A stretch of 64,000 bases of DNA from Candidatus Thorarchaeota archaeon (GCA_048882045.1 JBHLRZ010000006.1:32001-96000), one strand, 5' to 3'; shown: positions 1 to 10,458, counted from the stretch's first letter. The notes: generated from the sequence alone by a model not told the origin. Numbers and translations: made by a program.

Positions 1-13
1 GAAGGATATCCTA

Positions 14-217
14 ATGGAAATTGACAAGTCTGCTGACAAGATGATTGAAGAATATGAGATGGCGCGAATAAGTGATGACCAGGAAATCTATCAGGTCATG
101 ACAAAAGAAATCAATAGAATAATCAGAACCATGCGCGATGCAGGAGTAATGTGCGACATCCATAAGGAGTTCTGTGCTCACCCCCAAGACACGTGTGATG
201 CTTGTGACACCAAATGA
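14..217 (+). CDS. small hypothetical protein with C-terminal Cys/His cluster (possible metal binding)
   Basis: 67-aa ORF; AAGGA upstream; tail CDIHKEFCAHPQDTCDAC. Confidence 0.6.
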   Translation: MEIDKSADKMIEEYEMARISDDQEIYQVMTKEINRIIRTMRDAGVMCDIHKEFCAHPQDTCDACDTK

Positions 218-296
218 TTTCACCAATCGAGAAAAGACCAAGTGTAGAAGGTTTTATTCGAGAATACTGTACACCTGATAATCATAAGTAGGGTGT

Positions 297-1034
297 TTGC
301 TATTGACAGGAGAAATCAAAGTCGAAATCAAGGATGCTTATGCAACAATCACTATATCACGACCGGACAAGTTGAATTCAGTCACCAAAGAGATGTTGAT
401 TGATTTCAATGAACAGGTCATGCAAATCGCGAATAATCCCAACATTCGAGTGATTATATTCACAGGTGAGGGAGACCGTGCTTTTAGCGCAGGGTTTGAT
501 CTTGAGATGATATTGGGGCTCGAGAAAAAAGAGACCACAGAATTTTTCAAATTGCTTGAACGTACAATGCTCCTTATTCGTGAGAATCGAACTTGTGTGA
601 CCATTGCCTCAGTCAATGGATACGCTGTTGGTTTTGGGGCAATGACGGTACTAGCGTGTGACATTCGTATATTTGCAGAAAATGCAGTCTTCAGACTTCC
701 TGAGGTTGATCTAGGCGTCTTTCCTGGAGCTGGAGCCGCTTCAAACCTGTTACATCTAGTAGGACCATCACGTGCCAAGGACATCGTGATGACTAGTAGG
801 AATGTTTCTGCTGAGGAAGCGTATAGGATAGGCCTTGCTGACAAACTCGTAAGTCAGGAAGATTTAGCTAAGACAACTCAGGATTATGTGGAGGACCTTT
901 TGAGTAAAGATCCCACAGTCCTCATAAGATCTAAAACCATGATAGATGGAATGACAGGGAAAGATATCGCTGATGCTGATGAGGTAGAAACAGCCTACCT
1001 TGATGAGTGGCTACGTGAGAGAGAACAGTCCTAA
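297..1034 (+). CDS. enoyl-CoA hydratase/isomerase (crotonase) family protein
   Basis: Motifs ISRPDKLNS, AFSAGFDL, ASVNGYAVGFG, LACDIR, LPEVDLGVFPGAG. Confidence 0.92.
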   Translation: MLLTGEIKVEIKDAYATITISRPDKLNSVTKEMLIDFNEQVMQIANNPNIRVIIFTGEGDRAFSAGFDLEMILGLEKKETTEFFKLLERTMLLIRENRTCVTIASVNGYAVGFGAMTVLACDIRIFAENAVFRLPEVDLGVFPGAGAASNLLHLVGPSRAKDIVMTSRNVSAEEAYRIGLADKLVSQEDLAKTTQDYVEDLLSKDPTVLIRSKTMIDGMTGKDIADADEVETAYLDEWLREREQS

Positions 1035-1048
1035 TCTGTCATAGTTGC

Positions 1049-2062
1049 TTACTCTGGCTCATTTGATACTTTGACCATGAGTTTGCCCATATTGGTTCCA
1101 TCAAACAATTTTCCAATTGCAGTGGCAGCATTTTCGAGACCATCAACGATGTCTACACGATATTTTATACGCCCTTCATCAAGCCATCTCTGAAGGTCTG
1201 CAACTGCCTCCTTCCTTCTATTGAAATAATCAGTGACAATGAATCCCTCTATACGAGCTCGTCTTGTGATTACGTTAGCTAGATTTGGGCCGGAACCTGA
1301 AACATTGTACTGAGAGATTAATCCACAAAGTACAATCCGAGCTCGAAGGTTAATTTGATTCAAGACCGTCTGGAAAAGTTTTCCACCCACATTTTCAAAG
1401 TAAATATCAATTCCATTGGGGCAATTCTTTCGTAGACTTTTATGAAGGGATTCAGTCTTGTAATTGATTGCACCATCAAATCCGAGCTCTTCGGTAAGCC
1501 ACTTACATTTTTCATCTGTTCCAGCTGTACCAACCACATAACACCCATTTATCTTCCCAATTTGGCCAGCAATAGATCCTACAGCTCCTGCCGCAGCTGA
1601 AACAACCAATGTTTCTCCGGCCTTGGGTTTTCCAATATCGAGTAGTCCAAAATAGGCTGTAAGTCCAGTGAGCCCAAAGATACTCAGATATGCAGGAAGT
1701 GGAGCGGAGATTTTTTCTGGCAATCTCATCAGACCCTTTCCATCAGTCACAGCGTAGTCTTGCCATCCAAGCAAACCATATACAAGAGTACCTGGTTGGT
1801 ACTTTTCAAGATTTGATTCTTCAACGACACCCAAAGTGATTCCATGCATGACATCACCAATCGATAATGCAGGCACGTAAGAAATCCATTCTTGCATCCA
1901 ACCCCAAGATGCTGGGTCGAGTGAAAGGTAGATATTCCGGACGAGAATTTCTCCTTTGCCAGGAATTGGTTTTGGAACCTCTTTCCAACTGAAATTCGAT
2001 GAATCGATAGTTCCTTCTGGACGTGTTGCAAGACACCACTGGCGATTTAATTCAACAGGCAT
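1049..2062 (-). CDS. NADP-dependent oxidoreductase (prostaglandin reductase/CurA-like MDR family)
   Basis: YLSLDP, GLTAYFGL, VSAAAGAVGS, GIDIYFENVGG, CGLISQYN, C-terminal GKLMVKV. Confidence 0.92.
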   Translation of the reverse strand: MPVELNRQWCLATRPEGTIDSSNFSWKEVPKPIPGKGEILVRNIYLSLDPASWGWMQEWISYVPALSIGDVMHGITLGVVEESNLEKYQPGTLVYGLLGWQDYAVTDGKGLMRLPEKISAPLPAYLSIFGLTGLTAYFGLLDIGKPKAGETLVVSAAAGAVGSIAGQIGKINGCYVVGTAGTDEKCKWLTEELGFDGAINYKTESLHKSLRKNCPNGIDIYFENVGGKLFQTVLNQINLRARIVLCGLISQYNVSGSGPNLANVITRRARIEGFIVTDYFNRRKEAVADLQRWLDEGRIKYRVDIVDGLENAATAIGKLFDGTNMGKLMVKVSNEPE

Positions 2063-2260
2063 TGGTCAATGCTCCAACACTATAATTGAAATCATATCTG
2101 GACTGCTAACGTAAGGCTTCTGTAGCAGATTTCATCTTTGATAGAAATTACTGAGATATGATAGTAGTAAAGATGCCTCTTGCTAGTTAAAAACATGGAT
2201 ACACACGTTTAAATTGTCAATAGATTTTCTTCAGGGTCCCAATAGAGGAGATGAACTATC

Positions 2261-3235
2261 GTGACCAAAACGGCGGTAATCGCAATCGGTGGAAATTCGT
2301 TAATAAAAGACAAGGCACACAAAACGGTACCGGATCAATATGCCGCCACAGCTGAAACCTGTAAACACATTGCAGACATGATTCAGCAAGGCTGGAATGT
2401 AGTAATCACTTCAGGAAATGGCCCTCAGGTTGGATTCATCCTGAGAAGGTCAGAGCTGGCAGAGCATGAGCTGCATCCAGTTCCCCTTGACTATTGTGGA
2501 GCTGATACTCAGGGTGCTATTGGATATATGATTCAGCGAGCTTTGTATAATGAGTTTCACAAGCGGGGTATGAATAGATATGTTGCGTCAATTGTTACAC
2601 AGGTACGAGTATCAAAGGACGACCCTGCATTCGAGAATCCAGCGAAGCCAATTGGTTCGTTCATGGATGAGAAAGAGGCTAAGAAAAAAGCAGATGATGA
2701 GGGCTGGAATGTCAAAGAAGATTCTGGGAGAGGTTGGAGGAGAGTAGTAGCATCACCAATCCCAAGAGAGATTGTTGAGCTTCCAGGAATCCAAGCACTC
2801 CTAAATGATGATATCATAGTCTATGCAGTAGGCGGTGGAGGAATCCCCGTTGTTGCCAATGAGAAGGGAGAACTTGAAGGAATAGCAGCGGTGATTGACA
2901 AAGACAGAGCTTCTGCACTTCTTGCAACGAACCTCCAGGCTGATGTCCTACTCATCTCAACAGCAGTGGAGCAGGTATACCTGAATTTTGGCAAGGAAAA
3001 TCAAGAGGCTATCGATAAGATGGACCACATCGAAGCCCAGCGATATATGGAGGAGGGGCACTTCACACCCGGAAGCATGTATCCAAAGATTGAGGCATGT
3101 GTCCAATTCATCAAGGATGGAGGAGAAATGGCAATCATTACTGATCCTCCTAACATCATTAGGGCACTGAATGGCGAAACCGGCACTCGAATTGTTCGGG
3201 GTTTTGCGGTCCCTCCGCCGCCAGAAAGAAGGTAG
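2261..3235 (+). CDS. arcC: carbamate kinase
   Basis: [53 protein letters not shown]; GAGGAG RBS. Confidence 0.95.
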   Translation: MTKTAVIAIGGNSLIKDKAHKTVPDQYAATAETCKHIADMIQQGWNVVITSGNGPQVGFILRRSELAEHELHPVPLDYCGADTQGAIGYMIQRALYNEFHKRGMNRYVASIVTQVRVSKDDPAFENPAKPIGSFMDEKEAKKKADDEGWNVKEDSGRGWRRVVASPIPREIVELPGIQALLNDDIIVYAVGGGGIPVVANEKGELEGIAAVIDKDRASALLATNLQADVLLISTAVEQVYLNFGKENQEAIDKMDHIEAQRYMEEGHFTPGSMYPKIEACVQFIKDGGEMAIITDPPNIIRALNGETGTRIVRGFAVPPPPERR

Positions 3236-3284
3236 AAACCATTACATTAATCGAGAAGTAGTGCATCGACCAACTCGAATCACT

Positions 3285-3665
3285 ATGAAATTCGAACAAG
3301 TTGTTACAGAGAATGCACCAAAAGCAATCGGTCCATATTCTCAGGGAACCAAAGGAAATGGGTTTGTATTCTGTTCAGGTCAGATTCCGATAGATCCAAA
3401 GACTGGAGAGATTGTAGAAGGATCAATTACTGAACAAACGAAACAGTCACTGTCGAATGTTAAAGGAGTCATCGAGGCAGCTGGCTCTTCGATGAACCGT
3501 GTTATGAAGGTCACTGTGTTCCTCAGAGATATGAACGATTTCAGTGAGATGAATGAAGAGTATGCGAAATGGTTTTCAGATCCTCCTCCTGCAAGAGCCG
3601 CTGTTCAGGTAGCCAGGTTGCCAAAAGATGTTGGGATAGAGATCGAAGCAATAGCCATTCTCTGA
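3285..3665 (+). CDS. ridA: RidA/YjgF/UK114 family enamine deaminase
   Basis: [36 protein letters not shown]; start refined to ATG 3285 (track ORF begins 3171). Confidence 0.93.
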   Translation: MKFEQVVTENAPKAIGPYSQGTKGNGFVFCSGQIPIDPKTGEIVEGSITEQTKQSLSNVKGVIEAAGSSMNRVMKVTVFLRDMNDFSEMNEEYAKWFSDPPPARAAVQVARLPKDVGIEIEAIAIL

Positions 3666-3797
3666 TTATTGGTGGTTATAAGGTTCAGACTCCCTGATGA
3701 ATGTGGGAGTAGAAGGGCTGAGCCGCGTCACTATATACCCAACCCTTTTTAGTAGGTTCGAATGGCACAGTTGTGCATATCGAATACGGTGGAACAT

Positions 3798-4952
3798 ATG
3801 AGTTCAACTCAAAGGAATCTCTATGCACTCATTGTTGTCGCATTAATCTTAGGTGGGGTAGCTTTTGGAATAATGTACATCATGGTTCCTAACATACCTA
3901 ATCTTGACGAAGTTCCTGAAGTTACAATAACTGGATCTACAGGCACTTCAGTGAACGTTACTCTCACAGAGATGACAGCGATGTCAACAATTTCAAGGAA
4001 TGGTTCGTTCCAGAATTCCTACGGGAACGTCAGGGGTAGTGGTGAATATTCTGGAGTATTGATTTCAGATCTAATCGAACTCGTAGGGGGCATGGAAGAA
4101 AACGACACAGTCAAGGTGATTGCATCTGATGGGTACAGTCAGACATTCGAGTATAGTAAGGTGTATCCAAATGCAACCATCTGGGGGATTCAAGGAGATA
4201 TGGTGCTAGCCTACAAATTCAATGAAACAATCGTTCCTGATTACGAGGAAGGATTCAGACTAATGTTCCTACCTGAAGATGGGTACTATTCAAATGCGGA
4301 TGCCAATGCAACAACAGACCCGGATCCATATGCTGCTGGACCTCAGTGCGTTTCTGATGTAAACCAGATCGTGGTGATACCAGAACCAGGTCCTGAGCCA
4401 GTCCTTTTCATTCTAAATTATAATGATCAGACACTCCAATACACAATGAGTGAACTAGTTGCACTGGGATCTGTCAGTGGAGAAGGTGGATACAAACGAA
4501 ACTCTGGAGCAATAGTTGGGCCCGATTCATATCAGGGAGTTCCATTCACAACATTGATGACACAGGTTCTATCTCTCCCGTCTAACTACACAGTAATTGT
4601 GAGGGCAGGAGATGACTGGATTAGTGAATACTCGAAAGCAGTCATTGAAGGCACAGTGAATGGCTACAGTCCGACCGGGGATTCGATTGGTGACATAGCA
4701 TGCACCATGATACTTGCTTATGAGATGAACAGTGCACCGATTTCGATTGGTGATGGAGGACCATTGCGAGTCGTGTTTCTAAATGAGGATGGCAATCTGA
4801 CTGATGGATTCAACTGGGCAAAGAATGTAGTGAACATAACAATCGTGGAGGAGCCACTGTCCGCTGAACTACTCTCTCTCCAGGAAGCGCGTGGCCACAT
4901 CAGTGTTGATTTCATGTGTGCAACGCTCATCTCTGAGGACGAAAACAAATAG
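3798..4952 (+). CDS. membrane-anchored protein with two tandem molybdopterin-binding oxidoreductase-like domains
   Basis: N-terminal TM helix; duplicated unit YSGV..ASDGYS..MVLAY..GFRL and YQGV..AGDDW..MILAY..GPLRVV..WAKNV; track start 3762. Confidence 0.7.
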   Translation: MSSTQRNLYALIVVALILGGVAFGIMYIMVPNIPNLDEVPEVTITGSTGTSVNVTLTEMTAMSTISRNGSFQNSYGNVRGSGEYSGVLISDLIELVGGMEENDTVKVIASDGYSQTFEYSKVYPNATIWGIQGDMVLAYKFNETIVPDYEEGFRLMFLPEDGYYSNADANATTDPDPYAAGPQCVSDVNQIVVIPEPGPEPVLFILNYNDQTLQYTMSELVALGSVSGEGGYKRNSGAIVGPDSYQGVPFTTLMTQVLSLPSNYTVIVRAGDDWISEYSKAVIEGTVNGYSPTGDSIGDIACTMILAYEMNSAPISIGDGGPLRVVFLNEDGNLTDGFNWAKNVVNITIVEEPLSAELLSLQEARGHISVDFMCATLISEDENK

Positions 4953-5016
4953 TGCGGTCAGAACAAGGGTTAAAACCGTACAGTCTTGCGCGCAATCAAT
5001 AATGGAGTAATGGATT

Positions 5017-5643
5017 TTGTCTTCTAGCAATCAATATTCAAAGGCAGAGGTTCTTGTCAAACAGGCCGCCTCATTGATCGAGAAGAAACAGTTCAGTAAG
5101 GCTTTGTCTAAACTGAAACACAGCCTTGCTATGGATCCAAGTAACACGCGAGTCTGGGAAGAGATAGTTGCCTGTAATCTTGAGATGGGGCAACCAAAGC
5201 AAGCAATAGAGGCACTGAATAATCTTCTGAAGATCGAACCAAACTCCTCATCGAGATGGGGTGACAAGGGTCTCATCCATCTTTTGTTGAATGAAAATAC
5301 TCAAGGGATTGAAGCGATTAAAGAGAGTCTGAGGATTCAGCCACGAAATGTGCATAAGTGGGAGCTACTGGCCACAGCCCTCATTGCTGACGAAAGATGG
5401 GATGAGGCGATCGATGCATTGGAAAGAACGCTTGATCTCAATCCTAACTCCGCTGTGACATGGTACAATCTCGCAGTTTGCTATCTCTATTATGAAGATT
5501 TCGGTGCAGCTCTCGAAGCCGTGGAATATGCCATTGCTCTTCAACCATCACTTGAAGATCTTGCGGAACCGTGGGTCGAACTCATTAGTGACGAAATGAT
5601 CGAGGAGGCATACTCACCACTTTCAGGGATAGCTGCTTCATAA
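5017..5643 (+). CDS. tetratricopeptide repeat protein
   Basis: About five 34-aa TPR units (A..MDP.N...W; AI.AL...L...P; WYNLAVCY). Confidence 0.9.
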   Translation: MSSSNQYSKAEVLVKQAASLIEKKQFSKALSKLKHSLAMDPSNTRVWEEIVACNLEMGQPKQAIEALNNLLKIEPNSSSRWGDKGLIHLLLNENTQGIEAIKESLRIQPRNVHKWELLATALIADERWDEAIDALERTLDLNPNSAVTWYNLAVCYLYYEDFGAALEAVEYAIALQPSLEDLAEPWVELISDEMIEEAYSPLSGIAAS

Positions 5644-5649
5644 CATAAT

Positions 5650-7551
5650 CTAAGATTTTTCTCCTTGAGGAGGTTTGATTTTATCCAATTCTTCTTGGAG
5701 CTGTTTCTCAATCTTACCAAGTTTGAAGTTCTTGGCTGATGCTATCGCCTGTTCTAAGGCAGATATGATTCTCTGCTCTTCTAGCTCTTTCTCAGTATTA
5801 TCTGCAATTTTTGGGAGTGCTTCGATCTTTCTTGGTATGACAGCAAGTAGACTCTCAATTGCGCTCTTCGCTTCATCTCGATTCGTAAATGACGAGTCTT
5901 GCTCAGTATCATAGGATGAAACAATTCTGTCAATCTGACTATAGAGACGTCTATACTCCTCATAGGCTCCAGACAATATCTGCCTTACCTCTCCTTCAGA
6001 ATCTGCTTCTTCAAGTGCATCAGAGAGTTTCTTCATAGCATTCTCAAGGAACTCCTTTCTCTCAGCAAGTTTAGTCCGTTTCCTTTCCATCCATCGCCAT
6101 TCATTCGAGATCTGTCGGGATAGGGTAAGTGCCTCGGTGATTGTTTCTCGAAACTCCGCAAACAGTTCCATTGCTTCCTTAAGTTCCACTTCAAGAGTTT
6201 CTATAACATGAACAAGTTGGTAGCTCAGCATATCACCTGCTTGGGCCTCAGCAAGAACCCTGCTCTCCTTGACGGTTCGTTCAGTATTAGCCCAGAGCTT
6301 CTCTACATCATCAGGATCACGATCTGTCCTCTTTCGGACCTCAAGTTCCTCTGAGAGTTGATGAATGTCATGATTGAGAGCTTGGAGTTCCTGGATCTTT
6401 GCTTTCAACAATGCCTTGCCAAGTCGGACGTTGAGCTCATCTGTGAGTAATTGTCGCTCTTCTGGAACCTCCAAGAGGGCGTGAGTGTTATCAACGAGAG
6501 TCTGAAGAGCGTTCTCATAATCCAAGACTGACTCGTGAAACAGACCCTCTTGATACCTATCATCACCCCTCTTCTCCAACTCAAGAGCGCTCTCTAGAAC
6601 ATCATAGGGAGAAGTTTTCAATAAGCTGTCTGCCCACATCGGAGGGATGTCAGTACAAATGTCGAGTGGTTTTCCTGCGATTCGTAAAAGAATGACTAGA
6701 ATCGATTCTGCGGTTGCTACATAGAGTTTGTCTTGATCCGCAGATATCCAGTTGATCTTCTGACCGTTGAGCTTCACAAGACCTACTTCTTCACCCCTCT
6801 TCAAATCCCAAACAACAATCGATCCTGAAGTCATTGCAGCGACCAGATAAAACTCACTAGCCCACATTGATGAAATAGAACTTGAGTGACTTGGTTCTAA
6901 TGTACGTAGAAGACTCCATTCAACTCTATCATAGACTGCTATCTCACCGGTAGATAATCCTACTATCACAAATTCATTATTACCCGATATTACACCGCCT
7001 TTGCCCTTCTTGTCTAGACTAGCAAGCTCTGAAGGAGCAGAGTTCTGGGACTTTAGCCATACCTTCGGTTCTTCCTTCTTCGTACTAGTACAGATGATTC
7101 GAGCGTCCGACCAGAGGTCCGTGATATCAGACTTATGTAGTTGCCAGCTTGAGGTTTCATGCGTATTCTTCTTGATGGAAACCAATCGTCCCTCTCTCGC
7201 ACCCACGTAGAAGTAGTCACCAGAAAGTGTCGATGTAAGAGCGTGGTAGCTCAGTTCAAACCAACCTTGGAGACCCCAGGTTTCTTTGTTCCAGACATAT
7301 ACTCTTCTCTCACAGGTAGCAAAGACTTGTGTTTCATCAACGTCGACAACCAATGGAGGAGTATCAGTTTCACCGAGTTCAGCTACTAAATGCCAATCTT
7401 CCTTCGACCACACACGGACTCGTTGATCCTCACAAGCAGTGTACAAGTACTTGTCATCATAAGTAATGTCAACTGCTGATGCATCTAGTGTATTAATTAC
7501 CTCATGAGTCAATGTCCTAAGATCATTGGAACTCGATGATCCTTTTTCCAT
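5650..7551 (-). CDS. WD40 beta-propeller protein with MIT/TPR-like helical bundle and long C-terminal coiled coil
   Basis: WD blades YLYTACEDQRVRVWS, HKSDITDLW, FVIVGLSTGEIAVYD, HSSSISSMW..SGSIVVWDL; C-terminal half E/K/L/R-rich helical; start refined to ATG 7551 (GGGGAGA upstream; track 7602). Confidence 0.8.
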   Translation of the reverse strand: MEKGSSSSNDLRTLTHEVINTLDASAVDITYDDKYLYTACEDQRVRVWSKEDWHLVAELGETDTPPLVVDVDETQVFATCERRVYVWNKETWGLQGWFELSYHALTSTLSGDYFYVGAREGRLVSIKKNTHETSSWQLHKSDITDLWSDARIICTSTKKEEPKVWLKSQNSAPSELASLDKKGKGGVISGNNEFVIVGLSTGEIAVYDRVEWSLLRTLEPSHSSSISSMWASEFYLVAAMTSGSIVVWDLKRGEEVGLVKLNGQKINWISADQDKLYVATAESILVILLRIAGKPLDICTDIPPMWADSLLKTSPYDVLESALELEKRGDDRYQEGLFHESVLDYENALQTLVDNTHALLEVPEERQLLTDELNVRLGKALLKAKIQELQALNHDIHQLSEELEVRKRTDRDPDDVEKLWANTERTVKESRVLAEAQAGDMLSYQLVHVIETLEVELKEAMELFAEFRETITEALTLSRQISNEWRWMERKRTKLAERKEFLENAMKKLSDALEEADSEGEVRQILSGAYEEYRRLYSQIDRIVSSYDTEQDSSFTNRDEAKSAIESLLAVIPRKIEALPKIADNTEKELEEQRIISALEQAIASAKNFKLGKIEKQLQEELDKIKPPQGEKS

Positions 7552-7767
7552 AATGTCTCCCCAAGAGAACAGTGTGATGAATGGATATTCTGGGTTTTGC
7601 AATACTTAAGGCAGTTTCTTTCTTGGCTAAACAGCGATAGAATGCAATAAAATGACATCTGGAGGAGGGGATATACATGATAAATTCGTTAAAATGGGAG
7701 GACCCACACAGAAAGAACTTAAGACATCCACCGCCAAATTAGCCCACATTAGACGGAGGTAGGCATC

Positions 7768-10458
7768 TTGGACACTAGTGGCTGGCGCCGAGAATTAGAC
7801 AAAATGGCTGAACTGAAAGGAATCCTAGTCTCAGTCAATCCTGCGATGGAAGAACAGTCAGATCGTCAGGTCAGACAGCTCTATGACATCTTCGCGAACT
7901 TGACTAAGATGGAGAACGATTTAGCAACTTCTGGATTTATGAAAAAGAGAAAGGTTCAGACTCAGGTCGAGAAGACAAGGAGTGATCTTGAAACCGATTT
8001 CATGAGAGTCACACGTGATTTCGCTGAGTACTTCCGGAAAGAACACAAAGATACTCTAGCTATCGCACCGAAAGTCCAGGCCCTAAAACCTTCTGAGGTC
8101 AAAGGGATTTCGACACTTAATTTTCCAGGCATCGGAGCAGGCGACCTCAAGGACTTCGAGAAGTTGCACGAGTTTGCAAAGGCATTTTCAAAGTTGTATC
8201 TTGTTATTCATGAGGATGTAGAACGCGATGTGAAATCTACCCTTGATGAGAACAAGGCTACAGTTGACACGTACGAACGTCACATATCTATCGATAAGAG
8301 TGAGGTTTCCACAACAGTTGCAAATGACGATGTTGCTGGAATGTCATTAAAAGACCTCATAATCCTGAATGACAAACTTCAGGCAGACCGTCAGTTCCTT
8401 GATGGCAGAAAGGACGAGGTGAGTAAACTCCTTGGTTCATCCCTTGTGGGTAAAACGGAATCACTACAAGCTTCTGTGGAGACTGCATCCAGACTAGGAC
8501 TTGAGTTGCCGATCGAATTCTCAAAGGAGTTGAGAATAATTGCCAGAGATGCATCAAAGGCCGAAACTCTGACTGCGCTGATTGCGTTGGAGAATCAACT
8601 GCATGCAGCAGAGGTCAAGATGGCAAATGCACTTCGTGACAAGATAATCAACATCAAGCATGATGTCACAGCCAAGATAGTGGAGGGCGGCATACCAACG
8701 ACTGCTGATGTGATACCTCCAGCACCTCCAGTTACAGTTGAAGGAGAGGGCATTGCTAGCCTGCTTTCCAGCTATCAGAGAATGGTCGAATGGGAAGGTC
8801 AGGTCAAGATCGCTCTCAGAGAACGCTTGTTCGAACTCCTTGATGATGTTGAGAAGGCGACTGAAGCGCCCGAAGACGCAGGTATCAAGGATATTGTTGC
8901 AGTACGTCAATTCATCGCGGATTCAAAGAAGAAACTGAAGCAGGTAGAGATTGACGAGATGGTGAGAGTCTACCTCCAAGCAAAACAGATGGATGATGAG
9001 TACCGAAGGAACATCACTGAGGCCATCCGCAACTATCTCTCAAGATTCAATGAACTAGCAACTTCAGCAGACAGAGTACTTGACCACGCACAGCTAAGTA
9101 AGAAGGCTCCGAAGGTCGAGGAACTTGAAGGAGGTATTGTCTACTTACTAGGTTCTCTCACGAGCCTCAGAGAAGCAGTTGACAGCGGAGTGGCAACTTT
9201 TCGCACCGCATGTCAACAGGAGATTGATGCAATAGTTCATGATCTTCAGACCGTCAAACCTGCATATGCTGAGATATTCATGCCCATTATTGTAGAACTC
9301 GATGAAGGATCAACCAGGATACAGGGGATGGATGACTTCTCTGAGATAAAATCAGAGATGCGCTCCATCAAAGATGGTATCCTTGTGAAAGCACAGGACG
9401 CACTTGAGAACCTCAGATATAGACTAGGTGTGAAGATCAGACTTGCAGCTGCAAAATTGATGGGTGCTGGTGTGGAGATCCCGCCAGACGCACAAGAAGC
9501 CATCAGCGAACTGAACAGCGTGGGTGTTGCAGCTGATAATGTGTTTAGTCTTCCAGCCATAGCCAGGAAGATGGTTGAGATCTATGAGAAGAAGATCCAA
9601 GACAAGATAATTGAGAAACTTGGAGTAGAAGTCGATTCTCTAATCACGAGTCTCGATAGAGCAAGCAGCATCGGAGTGAAGTTAGGAAAAGAACTCAAGA
9701 TGCTCAATGGTCTAAAAGCCAAACCACCAGCAGAGCTTGAGGAAGCAGCTGATGCATTTGACAAACTCCAGAATCTGACAACATCACCCAACGTTCACAA
9801 GAAGATCAGAGAGCGTGTTGATGAAGCCTATGTTCAGATCAAGGGAGCTCTGTCACTCTTTGAAGACCAAGGAATGTCTGAATTCGTCGAGCGGCTACAG
9901 ATTCTCATTGACCAAGTTCCTGCCAAGCTCGAAACTGACTCACCACATGTCAATGAGGCACTTGATGTGTGTCTCACTCTTGCCAACATCCAGGAAGAAA
10001 TGCTTCAGATGATTAAGAGCATAGCTGAGAAGAATGGTGAGGCTCATACTGCTGAACTCAAGGATAGAAGCCAGTACTTTTCGACAATCGAGAGAGTAGT
10101 AGCGAAGTATCCTGATGAATTCAGCAAGATAGTATTTGATGTCAAGAAGATGGACTCTCTAGAGTCTGGCCTCACAGAGGCGGTCGATCTTGATGTGGCC
10201 ATTGCTAACTTCCATGAATTGGGCGATATGAGAAAGCAGTGGCTGGAGAAAGCAGTCGCGATGGATGACTGGCACAAGTCCCTCAGAATGTTCATGACTG
10301 GTTTCAGTCCGACTGACAAACCTGATACACGTGACAAGTTCATCGACGACGCAATACGAAAGATTAAGGAGACCTACAGCCGTGAGGACATAAGTTCGTA
10401 CCTAAGTTGGGCCATAAGAGAGAGTGCCCAGGCGTTGGTCGATTCGAGGAAGAAATAG
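7768..10458 (+). CDS. 896-aa all-helical rod/coiled-coil repeat protein, first gene of tubulin-like operon
   Basis: Long ORF with GGAGGT RBS before TTG; no TM segment or Walker A; recurring helix-helix-G-hydrophobic unit about every 65 aa. Confidence 0.85.
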   Translation: MDTSGWRRELDKMAELKGILVSVNPAMEEQSDRQVRQLYDIFANLTKMENDLATSGFMKKRKVQTQVEKTRSDLETDFMRVTRDFAEYFRKEHKDTLAIAPKVQALKPSEVKGISTLNFPGIGAGDLKDFEKLHEFAKAFSKLYLVIHEDVERDVKSTLDENKATVDTYERHISIDKSEVSTTVANDDVAGMSLKDLIILNDKLQADRQFLDGRKDEVSKLLGSSLVGKTESLQASVETASRLGLELPIEFSKELRIIARDASKAETLTALIALENQLHAAEVKMANALRDKIINIKHDVTAKIVEGGIPTTADVIPPAPPVTVEGEGIASLLSSYQRMVEWEGQVKIALRERLFELLDDVEKATEAPEDAGIKDIVAVRQFIADSKKKLKQVEIDEMVRVYLQAKQMDDEYRRNITEAIRNYLSRFNELATSADRVLDHAQLSKKAPKVEELEGGIVYLLGSLTSLREAVDSGVATFRTACQQEIDAIVHDLQTVKPAYAEIFMPIIVELDEGSTRIQGMDDFSEIKSEMRSIKDGILVKAQDALENLRYRLGVKIRLAAAKLMGAGVEIPPDAQEAISELNSVGVAADNVFSLPAIARKMVEIYEKKIQDKIIEKLGVEVDSLITSLDRASSIGVKLGKELKMLNGLKAKPPAELEEAADAFDKLQNLTTSPNVHKKIRERVDEAYVQIKGALSLFEDQGMSEFVERLQILIDQVPAKLETDSPHVNEALDVCLTLANIQEEMLQMIKSIAEKNGEAHTAELKDRSQYFSTIERVVAKYPDEFSKIVFDVKKMDSLESGLTEAVDLDVAIANFHELGDMRKQWLEKAVAMDDWHKSLRMFMTGFSPTDKPDTRDKFIDDAIRKIKETYSREDISSYLSWAIRESAQALVDSRKK

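Noticed and set aside
14-247. Selenocysteine read-through of the TGA ending the Cys-rich ORF
   Set aside because: Only nine further codons follow, with no redox motif and no recognisable SECIS.
3682-3724. Hammerhead ribozyme or fluoride riboswitch (CTGATGA present)
   Set aside because: It lacks the GAAA core with three stems and the riboswitch 5' consensus.
7768-10458. SMC/Rad50 or chemoreceptor call for the long helical protein
   Set aside because: No Walker A/B, hinge/hook or MCP signalling motif seen.
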